Positions 23,109-33,590 of a stretch of DNA of 64,000 bases are shown in pieces. The stretch's first letter is position 1, and the number at the start of each line of letters is the position of its first letter. This stretch comes from Alphaproteobacteria bacterium (lineage in GTDB: Bacteria > Pseudomonadota > Alphaproteobacteria > UBA828), in the NCBI GenBank assembly GCA_963422645.2, contig CAXXVO010000009.1, positions 32,001 through 96,000 of the forward strand, read 5' to 3'. Position numbers and translations under genes: made by a program. Under the pieces are notes generated by a model, which saw nothing but the letters and a program-made list of their open reading frames with translations, searched no databases and was not told where the DNA came from.

Positions 23109-24002
23109 GTGAACTTCTTTATCCAGATCATCGTCAGCGGCCTCACCTTCGGGGCCATGTATGCGCTGGCCGCAGTTGGGCTCGCCCTCGTCTGGGGCGC
23201 GTTCAACATGCTCAACATGAGCCACGGCATCATCATGACGCTCGGCGCCTATTTCGTGCTCGTCTGGGCCGAGGGGTGGGGATTCCCTCTCTGGTTCGCG
23301 GGCCCCTTCGCGTTCATCGCCGGCGGGCTCCTGGGCGTGGCGATCTATTTCGTCTCGGCGCACTGGATGCTGCGCCAGAAGAATTTCGAGGTGACGATCA
23401 TCATCGCCACCTTCGGCCTCGGCATGGCGCTGGAAGCGGGTCTGATGAAGATCCTGCGCGAGTGGTTCCAGGCCTCGCCCTACGCGCAGCCGCTCTCCAT
23501 GGGCGCCAATTCGTTCCTCGTCGGCGACGTCCCGGTCAGCTATCAGCGCATCATCATCTGGGCTGTGGCCGTGGTGCTCATCGTGCTCGTCGGGCTCTTC
23601 CTGACCCGCACCACTATGGGCCGCGCCATCCGCGCGACCGCGCAGAACCGCGACGCCGCGCGCCTGATGGGCGTCAAGGTCAAGCGGGTCTATGTCATGG
23701 TGCTCGCGCTCGCGAGCGCGCTTGCGGGCGTCGCCGGCATCATGCTGACCTCGTTCAAGGACATCGTGCCGCTGATGGGCCAGACGCCGATGCTGAAGGC
23801 GTTCATCGTCATCGTGCTCGCCGGCCTCGGCAACTTGACCGGCGCGCTCTATGCCGCGCTTCTGATCGGCATGGTGGAGGCGGCGGTCAAGGTGCTTCTC
23901 GCCGACAAGTGGGGCTTCCTCGCCATGCTCGTCGTGGTGGTCATCGCGCTCATCTGGCGCCCCGCCGGGTTGTTCGGCAAGCACCAGATCGCACGGCAAT
24001 GA
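23109..24002 (+). CDS. ABC permease (LivH-like)
   Basis: Hydrophobic; YALAAVGLALV, GRAIRATAQN, GLGNLTGA, RPAGLFG. Confidence 0.9.
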   Translation: MNFFIQIIVSGLTFGAMYALAAVGLALVWGAFNMLNMSHGIIMTLGAYFVLVWAEGWGFPLWFAGPFAFIAGGLLGVAIYFVSAHWMLRQKNFEVTIIIATFGLGMALEAGLMKILREWFQASPYAQPLSMGANSFLVGDVPVSYQRIIIWAVAVVLIVLVGLFLTRTTMGRAIRATAQNRDAARLMGVKVKRVYVMVLALASALAGVAGIMLTSFKDIVPLMGQTPMLKAFIVIVLAGLGNLTGALYAALLIGMVEAAVKVLLADKWGFLAMLVVVVIALIWRPAGLFGKHQIARQ

Positions 24003-24012
24003 CGGCAGCACG

Positions 24013-25071
24013 ATGAAGAACCGCGACTACATCCTCTTCGCCATCCTGCTGGCGTTGGCGGCGGCGTTCCCCTTCATGGGGATCCCCCGCTACATCATCG
24101 CGAGCGCGCTCCTGCTCTTCTGCTACGCGACCGTGGTCAGCCAGTGGAACCTGGTGTTCGGCGTCGCCGGCATCTTCTCCCTGGCGCAGCTCGCGATCTT
24201 CTCCTTCGGCGCCTACACGACGGCGCTGATGGGCCGCTACCTGGACTGGAGCCTGTGGCCCACCTTCCCCGTGGCCGGTGCCGCCGGAGTCGTCTTCAGC
24301 ATCTTCATCGGCCTCGCCTGCCTGAGAATGCGGGGCATCTATGTGGCGCTGCTGACACTCGCCATCTCGCAGACCATGTTCGTGCTGATCCAGACCGATT
24401 CCAACTGCAGCGCGCTCAACAAGGCGATCAATCCGTCAACCTGCGTCTCGTTCACCGGCGGCGCGCAGGGGTTGGGAGACTTCGGCACCTTCGGCTGGCG
24501 CGAGGTGCTGGGCGGGCGCAACTGGATGATAGGCGACTACTACTCCATGCTGGGCCTGCTCATCGTCGCACTCGTCTTTACGGTGGCGATGACTCAGAGC
24601 CGCATCGGGCTTGCCTTCAAGGCGTTGCGCGACAATGAGGAGCTGGCCACCTCGCGCGGCGTGAGCGTCTTCAAGTACCAGCTCATCGTCTTCGCCGCCT
24701 CGTCCTTCCTGACCGCCATGGCGGGCAGCTTCTACGCGGCGCACTTCGGCTCGGTCGGCTCCAACCTCGTGGCCTTCCCGCTCCTTCTCTTCCTGATCTC
24801 GATGCTCGTGGTCGGCGGCATCGGCCGCACCTGGGGGCCGCTGCTCGGCGCAGGGCTGCTGATGGTCGCCGACGAGTTCTTCAAGGAGTTCTCCGACCTG
24901 CGCAATGTCGGCCTCGGGCTTGTGGTCCTGATCTTCATGATCTTCCTGCCGGAGGGTGTCGCCGGCGCGATCGAGTCGGTCAGCAAGTTCCTCCAGAGAC
25001 AGGCGTTCGTCCAATACATCCAACGGCGATTGGCCGGGGCCCCGCGACGAGACTCGGCCGCGCCTGACTAG
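24013..25071 (+). CDS. ABC permease (LivM-like)
   Basis: WNLVFG, RMRGIYVALLTLA, ALRDNE, GPLLGA, PEG. Confidence 0.9.
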   Translation: MKNRDYILFAILLALAAAFPFMGIPRYIIASALLLFCYATVVSQWNLVFGVAGIFSLAQLAIFSFGAYTTALMGRYLDWSLWPTFPVAGAAGVVFSIFIGLACLRMRGIYVALLTLAISQTMFVLIQTDSNCSALNKAINPSTCVSFTGGAQGLGDFGTFGWREVLGGRNWMIGDYYSMLGLLIVALVFTVAMTQSRIGLAFKALRDNEELATSRGVSVFKYQLIVFAASSFLTAMAGSFYAAHFGSVGSNLVAFPLLLFLISMLVVGGIGRTWGPLLGAGLLMVADEFFKEFSDLRNVGLGLVVLIFMIFLPEGVAGAIESVSKFLQRQAFVQYIQRRLAGAPRRDSAAPD

Positions 25072-25092
25072 ACTCACCGCGGAACGGACGCG

Positions 25093-26745
25093 ATGGCGCG
25101 CCGACAGACCCGCATATACCTCACCGCGACGTTTCTGGGCTTGCTCCTGTGGGCAGGAGAAACAGTCGGCGCCGGAGCCGGCGACCCGCAAACCCCACGC
25201 TTCGTCGATATCGCCGCCGCGGCTGGCATCGAGCACGCCTATACCGGCGACTGGACGCACTACGTGGGCGGCGGAGTCGCCGCCTTCGACTGCGACCTCG
25301 ACGACGACCCGGACCTCTTCTTCGCGGGCGGCGCCACGCCGTCCAAGCTCTATCGCAACGACGGCAGCCCGGGTGCGCTTCGCTTCTCCGCTCTAGCCGA
25401 CAGCGAACTCGTCGAGATCGGCGTGACCGGCGCCTATCCGCTCGACATCGACGGCGACGGCCACATGGATCTTGCCGTGCTCCGGCTCGGCGCGAATCGG
25501 CTCTACCGTGGGCTCGGCGACTGCCGCTTCGCCGACGCAGGCGAAGACTGGAGAGTTCCCGGCGGCGACGGCTGGACCACCGCCTTCAGCGCCATTTGGG
25601 AGGGAGACAACCGCCTGCCGACACTCGCCTTCGGCAACTACGTCGATCGCGACATGTGGGCAGCCATGCACTCGCCCTTCGGCGATTCGGCGACCGGCGC
25701 GGCACCGACCCCGGCGTGCCCGGACAATGTCCTGTTCCGACCGGCGAGCACCGAGGCGGCGACGTACGGGCCGGCGGTGCGCCTCAGCCCCGGCCATTGC
25801 CCACTCTCGATGCTGTTCTCCGACTGGAGCCGTGCGGGACGCCCGGACCTGCGCGTCAGCAACGACCGCTTCTATCACGAGGACACCGGCGAGGAGCAGC
25901 TCTGGCACCTGGGCGCCGAGCCCCGGCTCTACGGCCGCGCCGACGGCTGGTCGCGCCTCAGGATTTGGGGCATGGGGATCGCCAGCCACGACCTCACCGG
26001 CGACGGTCTGCCTGACTACTTCCTCTCCAACATGGGGACGAACCGGCTGCGGACTCTCGCGCCCGGCAGCACCGGCGGGCCCGAGTTCCACGAGATCGCC
26101 TTCGAGCATGGCGTCGAGGCCACCCGCCCCCATGCCGGAGACGACGAGCGGCCGTCGACGGCCTGGCACTCGCAGTTCGCCGACGTGAACAACGACGGCT
26201 GGATCGACCTTTTCGTGGCTAAGGGCAATGTGGAGAAGATGGAGGAGGCCGCGGCGGACGACCCGAACAACCTGCTCTTAGGCCGTCCCGACGGGTGGTT
26301 CCGCGAGGCCTCGGTGGAGGCGGGTGCTGCCAGCATGCGGCGGAGCCGCGGCGGCGCCGTGATCGACCTCGATCTCGACGGCCTGCTCGATATCGTCGTC
26401 GTGAACCGCATGACCAACGTCGAGATTTTGCACAACCGAAGCTCCGTCAGCGGCCACTGGCTTCAAGTGATGCTGCGACAGGACGACGCCAACCGAAACG
26501 CCATCGGCGCCTGGATCGAGGTGCGTGCCGCCGGCCGCACTCAGCGCCACGAAGTGGTGGTCGGCGGCGGCCATGTCAGCGGGCAGGCCGGTTGGATTCA
26601 CTTCGGCCTGGGCGCGGCAGAAGCGGTGGAAATTCGGGTCCAATGGCCGGACGGGACCTGGAGCCCGTGGCGGCAAAGCGCCAGCAATCGCTTCCTACTG
26701 ATCGAGCGTGGGCGTAGAGTGGCTGCCTCGCGTCGGACTGGATGA
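25093..26745 (+). CDS. Secreted CRTAC1-like FG-GAP repeat protein with ASPIC/UnbV domain
   Basis: Signal peptide; repeats DCDLDDDPDL, DIDGDGHMDL, DVNNDGWIDL, DLDLDGLLD; C-terminal NAIGA..HFGLG..V.WPDG. Confidence 0.85.
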   Translation: MARRQTRIYLTATFLGLLLWAGETVGAGAGDPQTPRFVDIAAAAGIEHAYTGDWTHYVGGGVAAFDCDLDDDPDLFFAGGATPSKLYRNDGSPGALRFSALADSELVEIGVTGAYPLDIDGDGHMDLAVLRLGANRLYRGLGDCRFADAGEDWRVPGGDGWTTAFSAIWEGDNRLPTLAFGNYVDRDMWAAMHSPFGDSATGAAPTPACPDNVLFRPASTEAATYGPAVRLSPGHCPLSMLFSDWSRAGRPDLRVSNDRFYHEDTGEEQLWHLGAEPRLYGRADGWSRLRIWGMGIASHDLTGDGLPDYFLSNMGTNRLRTLAPGSTGGPEFHEIAFEHGVEATRPHAGDDERPSTAWHSQFADVNNDGWIDLFVAKGNVEKMEEAAADDPNNLLLGRPDGWFREASVEAGAASMRRSRGGAVIDLDLDGLLDIVVVNRMTNVEILHNRSSVSGHWLQVMLRQDDANRNAIGAWIEVRAAGRTQRHEVVVGGGHVSGQAGWIHFGLGAAEAVEIRVQWPDGTWSPWRQSASNRFLLIERGRRVAASRRTG

Positions 26746-26749
26746 CAGG

Positions 26750-27715
26750 ATGGACGACTGGATCGCCCGCAAGGACCTGATCGAGGCGCGGCGGCTCAAG
26801 GCGCTGTCGCGGCGCTCGGACCTCCTGGGCTGGTTCCAGGTGCTGAGCCAGCTCGGCGCTGCAGGGATTACCGGCTACGCGATCCACGTGCTGTGGGGGA
26901 GTTGGTGGGTCGCACCGCTCTTTGTGGCCCAGGGCGTGATCCTCTGGGGCTTCTGCTACGCGGGCCAGCACGAACTCGGGCATTGGACGGTCTTCCGCAA
27001 CCGGACCCCCAACGACGCCTTCGGCCACCTGGCGAGCTTCCCCCGCTTCTATGCCCACAACTATCAACGCTTCTTCCATTTCGCCCACCACCGACACACC
27101 AAGGTCGCCGGTCACGATCCCGAGCTCCTGGTCCAGAAGCCGTGGACATTCGTGGCCTATCTCAACTTCGTGGCCGGTCTGACCCTTTGGATTGCCCTAA
27201 TTCGCAACGTCGTGGAGCACGCCTGCGGTCATGCGCCCGAGACCTTTCTCCGGGAGAAGGAGCAGCGCATCGTGATCCGCGAAGCGCGGCTCTATCTGCT
27301 TGGCTATGCGGCGGTCGCCGTGCTCTCGGTCTACTTTGAGAGCTGGGCAGCGCTCATCTGCGTGTGGGGACCGATGATCGTCACCACGGCCTTCTATCGT
27401 CTGTATGTGGCGGCCGAGCACCACGGCCTGCCCAACGGGTGCGGCGTGATCGGGGGCACGCGCACGACCCGCGCCGGGCCGATCCTGCGCTGGCTGATGT
27501 GGCAGATGCCCTACCACACCGAGCACCACCTCTTCCCCGGCGTGCCCTTTCACAAGCTGGGCGCGCTGAGCCGGGAGCTGCGGGAGCGGCCGGACTCCAA
27601 GCTCGCCGGCATCAACAAGGTGGCGCCCGGCTACATCGCCGTGAACCTCAAGCTCCTCGCCATGCTATGGCGCGGCGAGGATCCCACCTTCCTGGCCGAA
27701 GCGGGGCGGGCTTAG
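26750..27715 (+). CDS. Membrane fatty-acid desaturase family protein (MocD-like)
   Basis: His boxes HELGH, HFAHHRH, YHTEHH. Confidence 0.85.
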   Translation: MDDWIARKDLIEARRLKALSRRSDLLGWFQVLSQLGAAGITGYAIHVLWGSWWVAPLFVAQGVILWGFCYAGQHELGHWTVFRNRTPNDAFGHLASFPRFYAHNYQRFFHFAHHRHTKVAGHDPELLVQKPWTFVAYLNFVAGLTLWIALIRNVVEHACGHAPETFLREKEQRIVIREARLYLLGYAAVAVLSVYFESWAALICVWGPMIVTTAFYRLYVAAEHHGLPNGCGVIGGTRTTRAGPILRWLMWQMPYHTEHHLFPGVPFHKLGALSRELRERPDSKLAGINKVAPGYIAVNLKLLAMLWRGEDPTFLAEAGRA

Positions 27716-27737
27716 CGAGCGGCAGGGAGGGCCCCTT

Positions 27738-28694
27738 GTGAGCGGAACCGACACGGCGGTTGGCGTGCGCACCATTCACGCCGGCCATCAGCACATGACC
27801 TGGGACAATGCGCGCGAGCCGGCGGCCACGGTCGCGCCGGGGGAGACCGTAGCGTTCGCGGAGGTCGATGCGGTGTGCGGGCAGATTGCCCCGGACTCCA
27901 CCGCAGACGCGATCGCCAACCTCGACTTCGACCGGGTCAACCCCATCGCCGGGCCGATCTACGTGGAGGGCGCCGAGCCCGGCGACACCATCAAGGCGAC
28001 CCTGGTGGATCTCGCGCCCTCGGGCTGGGCATGGACGGCGATCGTACCGGGCTTCGGCCTGCTGGCTGACGACTTCCCGGAACCCTCGCTCAACATCTGG
28101 TCCTACGACACGAGCTTTCGCGAGCCCGCCGCCTATTCCAGCATCGCACGCGTGCCGCTCAAGCCCTTCTGCGGCACCATCGGCCTCGCCCGCGCGGAGC
28201 CCGGCGGCTTCAGCACCGTGCCGCCCTACGAGAGCGGCGGCAACATGGACATCCGCGACCTCACCATCGGCGTGGACCTCTATCTGCCGGTGCAGGTGCC
28301 GGGCGGGCTCTTCTCGATCGGCGACCCTCATTGCGCGCAAGGAGACGGCGAGGTCTGCGGCACAGCGATCGAATCGCCAATGGCGCCGGTCGTCCGCCTC
28401 GACCTGATCAAGGGCGAAGGGCTGCGCTTCCCGCGCTTCGAGACGCCGGGCCCGGTCTCACGCCATCTCGACGCCAAGGGTTACGAGGTCACCACGGGGA
28501 TCGGCCCGGACCTGATGGAGGCGGCGCAGAACGCCGTGCGCGGCATGATCGACCGGCTCGGCGCCTCACGGGGCTTGAGCGCGGCGGAGGCCTACATGCT
28601 GTGCAGCGTCTGCGCGGACCTGCGCATCAGCGAGATCGTCGACCGGCCCAACTGGGTCGTATCCTGTTATCTGCCGCGTATCGTCTTCGAGTAA
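27738..28694 (+). CDS. Acetamidase/formamidase family protein
   Basis: GPIYVEGAEPGD, GGNMD, GDPHCAQGDGEV. Confidence 0.9.
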   Translation: MSGTDTAVGVRTIHAGHQHMTWDNAREPAATVAPGETVAFAEVDAVCGQIAPDSTADAIANLDFDRVNPIAGPIYVEGAEPGDTIKATLVDLAPSGWAWTAIVPGFGLLADDFPEPSLNIWSYDTSFREPAAYSSIARVPLKPFCGTIGLARAEPGGFSTVPPYESGGNMDIRDLTIGVDLYLPVQVPGGLFSIGDPHCAQGDGEVCGTAIESPMAPVVRLDLIKGEGLRFPRFETPGPVSRHLDAKGYEVTTGIGPDLMEAAQNAVRGMIDRLGASRGLSAAEAYMLCSVCADLRISEIVDRPNWVVSCYLPRIVFE

Positions 28695-28739
28695 GGGAGT
28701 CCGGCGCGGCCCGGGGATCTCAGCGAAGGGAGGAGCAAG

Positions 28740-29144
28740 ATGAAGGTGGACGGCGCCTGCTTCTGCGGGCAAATCACCTACGAGGCGGAGCTCGACACGG
28801 ACCGAATCCTGATCTGCAACTGCACGGATTGTCAGACGCTCTCGGGCTCGGCGTTCCGCACGGTCGCCTTCACCAAGGAGGACGCCTTCACCCTGCTCAC
28901 CGGCGAGCTCAAGGTCTACGTCAAGGTCGCGGACAGCGGCAATCCCCGACAGCAATCATTCTGCGGGAACTGCGGCTCGCCCATCTATGCGACCTCGGAC
29001 CCGGCCGGACCCTTCTACGGCCTCCGTGTCGGCTCCATCAAGCAGCGCGACCAACTGGTGCCGAAGGTCCACATCTACAACCGCTCGAAGCAGCACTGGC
29101 TCGACCAGATCCCCTCGCTCCCCACCATCGAGGAAATGCCCTAA
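28740..29144 (+). CDS. GFA family protein
   Basis: GACFCG, CNCTDC, FCGNCGS. Confidence 0.9.
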   Translation: MKVDGACFCGQITYEAELDTDRILICNCTDCQTLSGSAFRTVAFTKEDAFTLLTGELKVYVKVADSGNPRQQSFCGNCGSPIYATSDPAGPFYGLRVGSIKQRDQLVPKVHIYNRSKQHWLDQIPSLPTIEEMP

Positions 29145-29212
29145 CTCCGCGCCGCGGTCATCGACGCAACAGCGCCGCGCCAGCTAGTTCCCGCCAGTTG
29201 CAAGGCACCGCC

Positions 29213-29845
29213 ATGTCCGCGCCCATCGCTTTCTACACCAACCCGATGTCGCGCGGGCAGATCGCGCGCTGGGCGCTGGAGGAGACCGGTGCCGCGTACG
29301 AGACCGTGATCGTCGAATACGGCGCCGACATGAAGGCTCCGGCCTATCTCGCGATCAACCCGATGGGCAAGGTGCCGGCGATACGGCACGAAGGCCAGGT
29401 GGTCACCGAAGCGGCCGCCGTCTGCGCCTATCTCGCCGAGGCCTTTCCTGAAGCCGGGCTGGCGCCCACGGCAGAAGAGCGCGCCGCCTACTGGCGCTGG
29501 CTCTTCTTCGCCGCCGGGCCACTGGAATATGCGATTGCCTTCAAGTTCATGGGCCCGGAGGTGCGGGAGGAGCAGACTGCCAGGATCGGTTTCGGCACCT
29601 ACGACGATGCGGTCGGCGCCGTCGATGCCCTGCTCGAGCGGAACGACTACGTCTGCGGGCGCCGCTTCACCATGGCCGACGTCTTCGTCGGCAGCCATAT
29701 CGAATGGGGCCTCGAATTCGACACCTTGCCGAAGCGCCCGGCCTTCGAGGCCTATGCCGCACGGATCGCGACGCGCGACGCCCGCCAGCGCGCGCGGGAA
29801 ATCGACCGGACCCTGATCGCCGAGCGGGAGGCCGCGAAGGCCTGA
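29213..29845 (+). CDS. Glutathione S-transferase family protein
   Basis: YTNPMSRG, INPMGKVP, TEAAAVCAYL, FTMADV; start at ATG 29213. Confidence 0.9.
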   Translation: MSAPIAFYTNPMSRGQIARWALEETGAAYETVIVEYGADMKAPAYLAINPMGKVPAIRHEGQVVTEAAAVCAYLAEAFPEAGLAPTAEERAAYWRWLFFAAGPLEYAIAFKFMGPEVREEQTARIGFGTYDDAVGAVDALLERNDYVCGRRFTMADVFVGSHIEWGLEFDTLPKRPAFEAYAARIATRDARQRAREIDRTLIAEREAAKA

Positions 29846-29866
29846 ACCGAGCGAGCGACGTTCGCA

Positions 29867-31243
29867 TCAGCCGGCGAAGCGCTCGTCGATTACCGTGAGC
29901 GAGGCGTCGAGCGCATCCGTCGCGGTGTCGATCTCCTCCTGGGTGATCGTGAAGGGCGGGCCCACCTTGATCGTGTTGGGCGAGAAGCCGCCTAGATAGA
30001 CCCCGCGCTTCGCGTTCTCGGCCGCGACGATGACGTTGGGGTGCGTGTTGAGATCGCCGGTAAAGGGCGAATAACGATCCTCGGGCACGATCGGCTCGCC
30101 GTTCCCGTCGACGAGATCGAGGGTGTAGAAGAGCCCGCGCCCTGACACGCGGCCGACGCAGGGGTGCCCCTTGTTCAGCGCGTCGAGGCGCTCCTTGAGG
30201 TAAGCGCCGCGCTGGCGCACTTGCTGCATGATGTCGTTGGCGAGCATGTATTCGAGGTTGCCGACGATGGTGGCGCAGAGCAGCGGGTGGCCGTCCCACG
30301 TGCTGCCGGTCCACCAGCGCGCCTTCTCGAAGTGATCGGCAATGGTCTTGCTCGCGATCACGGCACCCACCGGCAGCGCCGAGCCGTTGATGCCCTTGCC
30401 GGCGGCCATCAGGTCCGGCTTGACCCCCGGCCAGTGCATGTAGCCGAACCATTCGCCGAGCCGCCCGAAGCCCGTGATCACCTCGTCGTCGATCCAGAGG
30501 AAGCCGTACTTGTCGCAGAGCGCGCGGAGCCCCGGCAGGTAGTCCATGTGCGGGAGCGTGCCGCCTGCGCCGAACATGGGCTCGCTGATGACGGCGGCGA
30601 TGTTCTCAGACCCCACCGCACGGACGATATGCTCCGTCGCGTCGAGCGAGGGCAGAGGCCCCTCCCCTGCCCAGTCCTCGTGCTCCGGCGGCGGGATCGG
30701 GATGTAGCCGTGCGGCGGGAAGCCCGGCACGTCGGCAACGTCCGCGAAGCCGCCCTCGGTCGAGATGTTGTTGCGGTAGCCGCGCATCATGGTGGGCCCC
30801 ACGGTCATGCCGTGGAAGGAGTGGGCCTGGGTCAGGATGACGCTGCGCCCGGTGTAGAGCCGCGCCATCATGATGCAGCTGTCGACCGCCTCGGTACCGG
30901 AAGGCAGGATGCGCAGCCTGCCGGCCCAACCCTCCTGCCCGAGGATGTCCGCGATCACGAGCTTCGCGGCGCGGGCGCGATACTCGTTCGCCATCGTATA
31001 GGTGACGTGGCCGTAGCGCTCCATGGCCTCGGCCAGCGCGCCGTGGATCGCCGGATGCCGGTGGCCCAGGTTGTCGGAGATCAGCTGGCTCATGAAATCG
31101 AGCAGCCGCGTGCCGTCGGCAAGCGTCAGATAGTTGCCGTCGGTGCTGTCGACCGCCGTGATGCTGAGCTCGTCCTCGGCCTGGAGGCCGTGCAGGTAAT
31201 AGGCCCGGTCCCAACGCTCGAGTTCGTTCCAATCGCGTGCCAT
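29867..31243 (-). CDS. Class III PLP aminotransferase
   Basis: SGTEA, SFHG, DEVITGFGRLG, PDLMAAGKG. Confidence 0.88.
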   Translation of the reverse strand: MARDWNELERWDRAYYLHGLQAEDELSITAVDSTDGNYLTLADGTRLLDFMSQLISDNLGHRHPAIHGALAEAMERYGHVTYTMANEYRARAAKLVIADILGQEGWAGRLRILPSGTEAVDSCIMMARLYTGRSVILTQAHSFHGMTVGPTMMRGYRNNISTEGGFADVADVPGFPPHGYIPIPPPEHEDWAGEGPLPSLDATEHIVRAVGSENIAAVISEPMFGAGGTLPHMDYLPGLRALCDKYGFLWIDDEVITGFGRLGEWFGYMHWPGVKPDLMAAGKGINGSALPVGAVIASKTIADHFEKARWWTGSTWDGHPLLCATIVGNLEYMLANDIMQQVRQRGAYLKERLDALNKGHPCVGRVSGRGLFYTLDLVDGNGEPIVPEDRYSPFTGDLNTHPNVIVAAENAKRGVYLGGFSPNTIKVGPPFTITQEEIDTATDALDASLTVIDERFAG

Positions 31244-31406
31244 GACGTCTCTCCCCGGCCGGTCGCGCAACCCGGTCAGACTAGCCCACCCGCACGGATC
31301 ACCCTACCCGCCGCTGCCCCGCCGCCGGTTTGACCCGAGAGGCCGGCTGCCTATCATGCGCGCCGTCCGGGCGCGGCCCGCAGCAAAGCAATAGGGAGAT
31401 GGAGGA

Positions 31407-32462
31407 ATGGCCAAGGGTAAGGCGGTCGTCGTCGGCGGCCTCGGTATGATCGGGCGCAACATCATCCAGGCTCTCGAGGCCGAAGGCGGGTGGGATATCG
31501 TCGGGCTGTCGCGGCGGCCGGCGAATTTCGAGACCAAGGCCACCTTCATCTCTGTCGATTTGCTGGACGACGCGCAAGCCAAGGAGAAGCTCTCCGGCCT
31601 CACCGACGTCACGCACATCTTCTACGCGGGCCTTTCCGGCGGCGTCGAGGCGGAGAACGTCGAGGGCAACCTCGCGCTCGTGGTCAACTCGGTCGGCGTG
31701 ATCGAGCCGAACTCGCCCACGCTGGAGCGCGTGATCCTGGTGCAGGGCGGCAAGTACTACGGCGTCCACCTCGGCCCGCACAAGACACCCTCCAAGGAGA
31801 CCGACCCGCGCCACCTGCCGCCCAACTTCTATTACAACCAGCAGGACTTCATCACCGGGCTGCACGAGGGGAAGTCCTGGCACTACACCATGCTGAGGCC
31901 CGAGGCGGTGGTCGGCTTTGCCGAGGGCATCCCGCTCAACACCGCCTCGCTGGTCGCGGTCTACGCCACCGTGTGCAGGGAGATGGACGTGCCCCTCAAT
32001 TACCCGGGGCCGGAGGCGGCGTTTACGGCCTTCAACAAGTTCGTCGATGCCAGGCTGCTCGGGCGCTGCGCCGCTTGGGCCGCCCAAAATCCCGCCTGCG
32101 CCGGCGAGGCTTTCAACGTGACCAACGCCTCGGGCATGCGCTGGTGCAACCTCTGGCCGATGTTCACCGAGTATTTCGGCTGCCGGCCGGGCGTCCTCGT
32201 GCCGATGAGCCTCGCGGACTTCATGGCGGACAAGGGGCCGGTCTGGGACGAGATCGCGCGCAAGCACCAGCTCAAGCCGATGGCCTTCTCCGACCTTGGC
32301 GACTGGGGCTTCGCCGACTGGAACTTCGGCCGCACCTGGGACACCATCCTGGAAGATACCAAGCGCCTGCAGTACGGCTTCACCGAAGCCATCGACACCG
32401 ACCAGAACTTCATCGAGATCTTCGACGACATGCGCGCCGCCCGGGTGATCCCCGCGGGCTAA
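31407..32462 (+). CDS. SDR oxidoreductase, PRISE (progesterone 5-beta-reductase-like) type
   Basis: GGLGMIG, GLSRR, THIFY, GGKYYG, NFYYNQQD. Confidence 0.85.
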   Translation: MAKGKAVVVGGLGMIGRNIIQALEAEGGWDIVGLSRRPANFETKATFISVDLLDDAQAKEKLSGLTDVTHIFYAGLSGGVEAENVEGNLALVVNSVGVIEPNSPTLERVILVQGGKYYGVHLGPHKTPSKETDPRHLPPNFYYNQQDFITGLHEGKSWHYTMLRPEAVVGFAEGIPLNTASLVAVYATVCREMDVPLNYPGPEAAFTAFNKFVDARLLGRCAAWAAQNPACAGEAFNVTNASGMRWCNLWPMFTEYFGCRPGVLVPMSLADFMADKGPVWDEIARKHQLKPMAFSDLGDWGFADWNFGRTWDTILEDTKRLQYGFTEAIDTDQNFIEIFDDMRAARVIPAG

Positions 32463-32658
32463 AAGAGGGTGTAGGCACGGGGCGGGGCCACCCCTCCGCC
32501 TCCCGGGCCATAGGCCCGGACGGCGCGACTGCGCCGCGCGCGAATGCGCGTAGCGTCGTGCGCCCACGCGCGCGGAGCGCTCGATCGAGCGGAGCGAGCG
32601 CCCGGCGCTTGAGGGAAATGAACAAGTTGGGAGGAGCGGCGCTAAGACCCCGCCTCGC

Positions 32659-33537
32659 TCACCCCCTAAATCGGGGCTCCGGTAGGCCGGTGCAGCCCGT
32701 GCCGGTGACAGCGAAGATGCTGCCGGCCTGCTCTTGGCCCGCGAGCACCTCCTCGCTCAGGTTTACGCGTGCGCCGGTCACGTAAAGCACGTCGAGCGCG
32801 GCGCCGCCGAACATCGGGCAGGTGACCTGCTGGAAAGGCATCTCGACGGTGCGGTCGAGCGTGCCGTCCGGCGCGAATCGGGCGACGCACCGGCCGTTCC
32901 AGCGCGCGTTCCAGACGTAGCCCTCGGCGTCCACGGTGGAGCCGTCGGGGATGCCCGGCGCGGCACCGGGCCCGACGAAGACGCGCTTGTTGGAGATCGC
33001 GCCGGAGGCGGTGTCGAGGTCGTAGGCCCAGATCACGTCCTGGTCGAGATCGGCGTAGTACATGACATCGCCGGCCGGGCTGAAGGCGATCGAGTTGGAG
33101 ACGACGATGCCGGTCTCGGTCTTGTGCAGGCTGAGGTCGTGGTCGAGCCGATAGAGCGAGCCGAGCGGGCGGCCCGTCATCGTGTCGTCCATGCTGCCGG
33201 CCCAGAAGCGGCCTTGCCGGTCGCAGCGGCCGTCGTTCATGCGGCTCTCGGGCTGGTCGGTCTCGACCTCGTGGATGGTCTCGACCGCGCCGGTTGCGGG
33301 GTCGAAGAAGCGGAAGCCGCCGTAGAAGGCGACCGCCATGCCGCCCTGCTCGCGCAGCACCAGCGAGCCCGGCTGCTCGTCCACCGGCACTTGTCTGTAC
33401 TCGCCCGTCCCCGGCGTGAACCAGCTGATCGACTGGCCCTTGATGTCGAGCCAGTAAAGGCGCTGGTCGACGGGGCACCAGACCGGGCTCTCGCCGAGCT
33501 GGTCACGGCAATCGACCACGCATGCGACCTCTGCCAT
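32659..33537 (-). CDS. SMP-30/gluconolactonase family protein, paralog B
   Basis: LGESPVW, RMNDG, SNSIAFS, PDGSTVD; start MAEVAC at 33537. Confidence 0.9.
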   Translation of the reverse strand: MAEVACVVDCRDQLGESPVWCPVDQRLYWLDIKGQSISWFTPGTGEYRQVPVDEQPGSLVLREQGGMAVAFYGGFRFFDPATGAVETIHEVETDQPESRMNDGRCDRQGRFWAGSMDDTMTGRPLGSLYRLDHDLSLHKTETGIVVSNSIAFSPAGDVMYYADLDQDVIWAYDLDTASGAISNKRVFVGPGAAPGIPDGSTVDAEGYVWNARWNGRCVARFAPDGTLDRTVEMPFQQVTCPMFGGAALDVLYVTGARVNLSEEVLAGQEQAGSIFAVTGTGCTGLPEPRFRG

Positions 33538-33590
33538 TGATGTTTCTCCCGATGCGTCGCCGCCTAGCGTTGCGGCAGGTTGAGGCGGAA

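Noticed and set aside
28331-29845. 504-aa GST fusion
   Set aside because: Upstream part overlaps formamidase and GFA genes in another frame; GST starts at 29213
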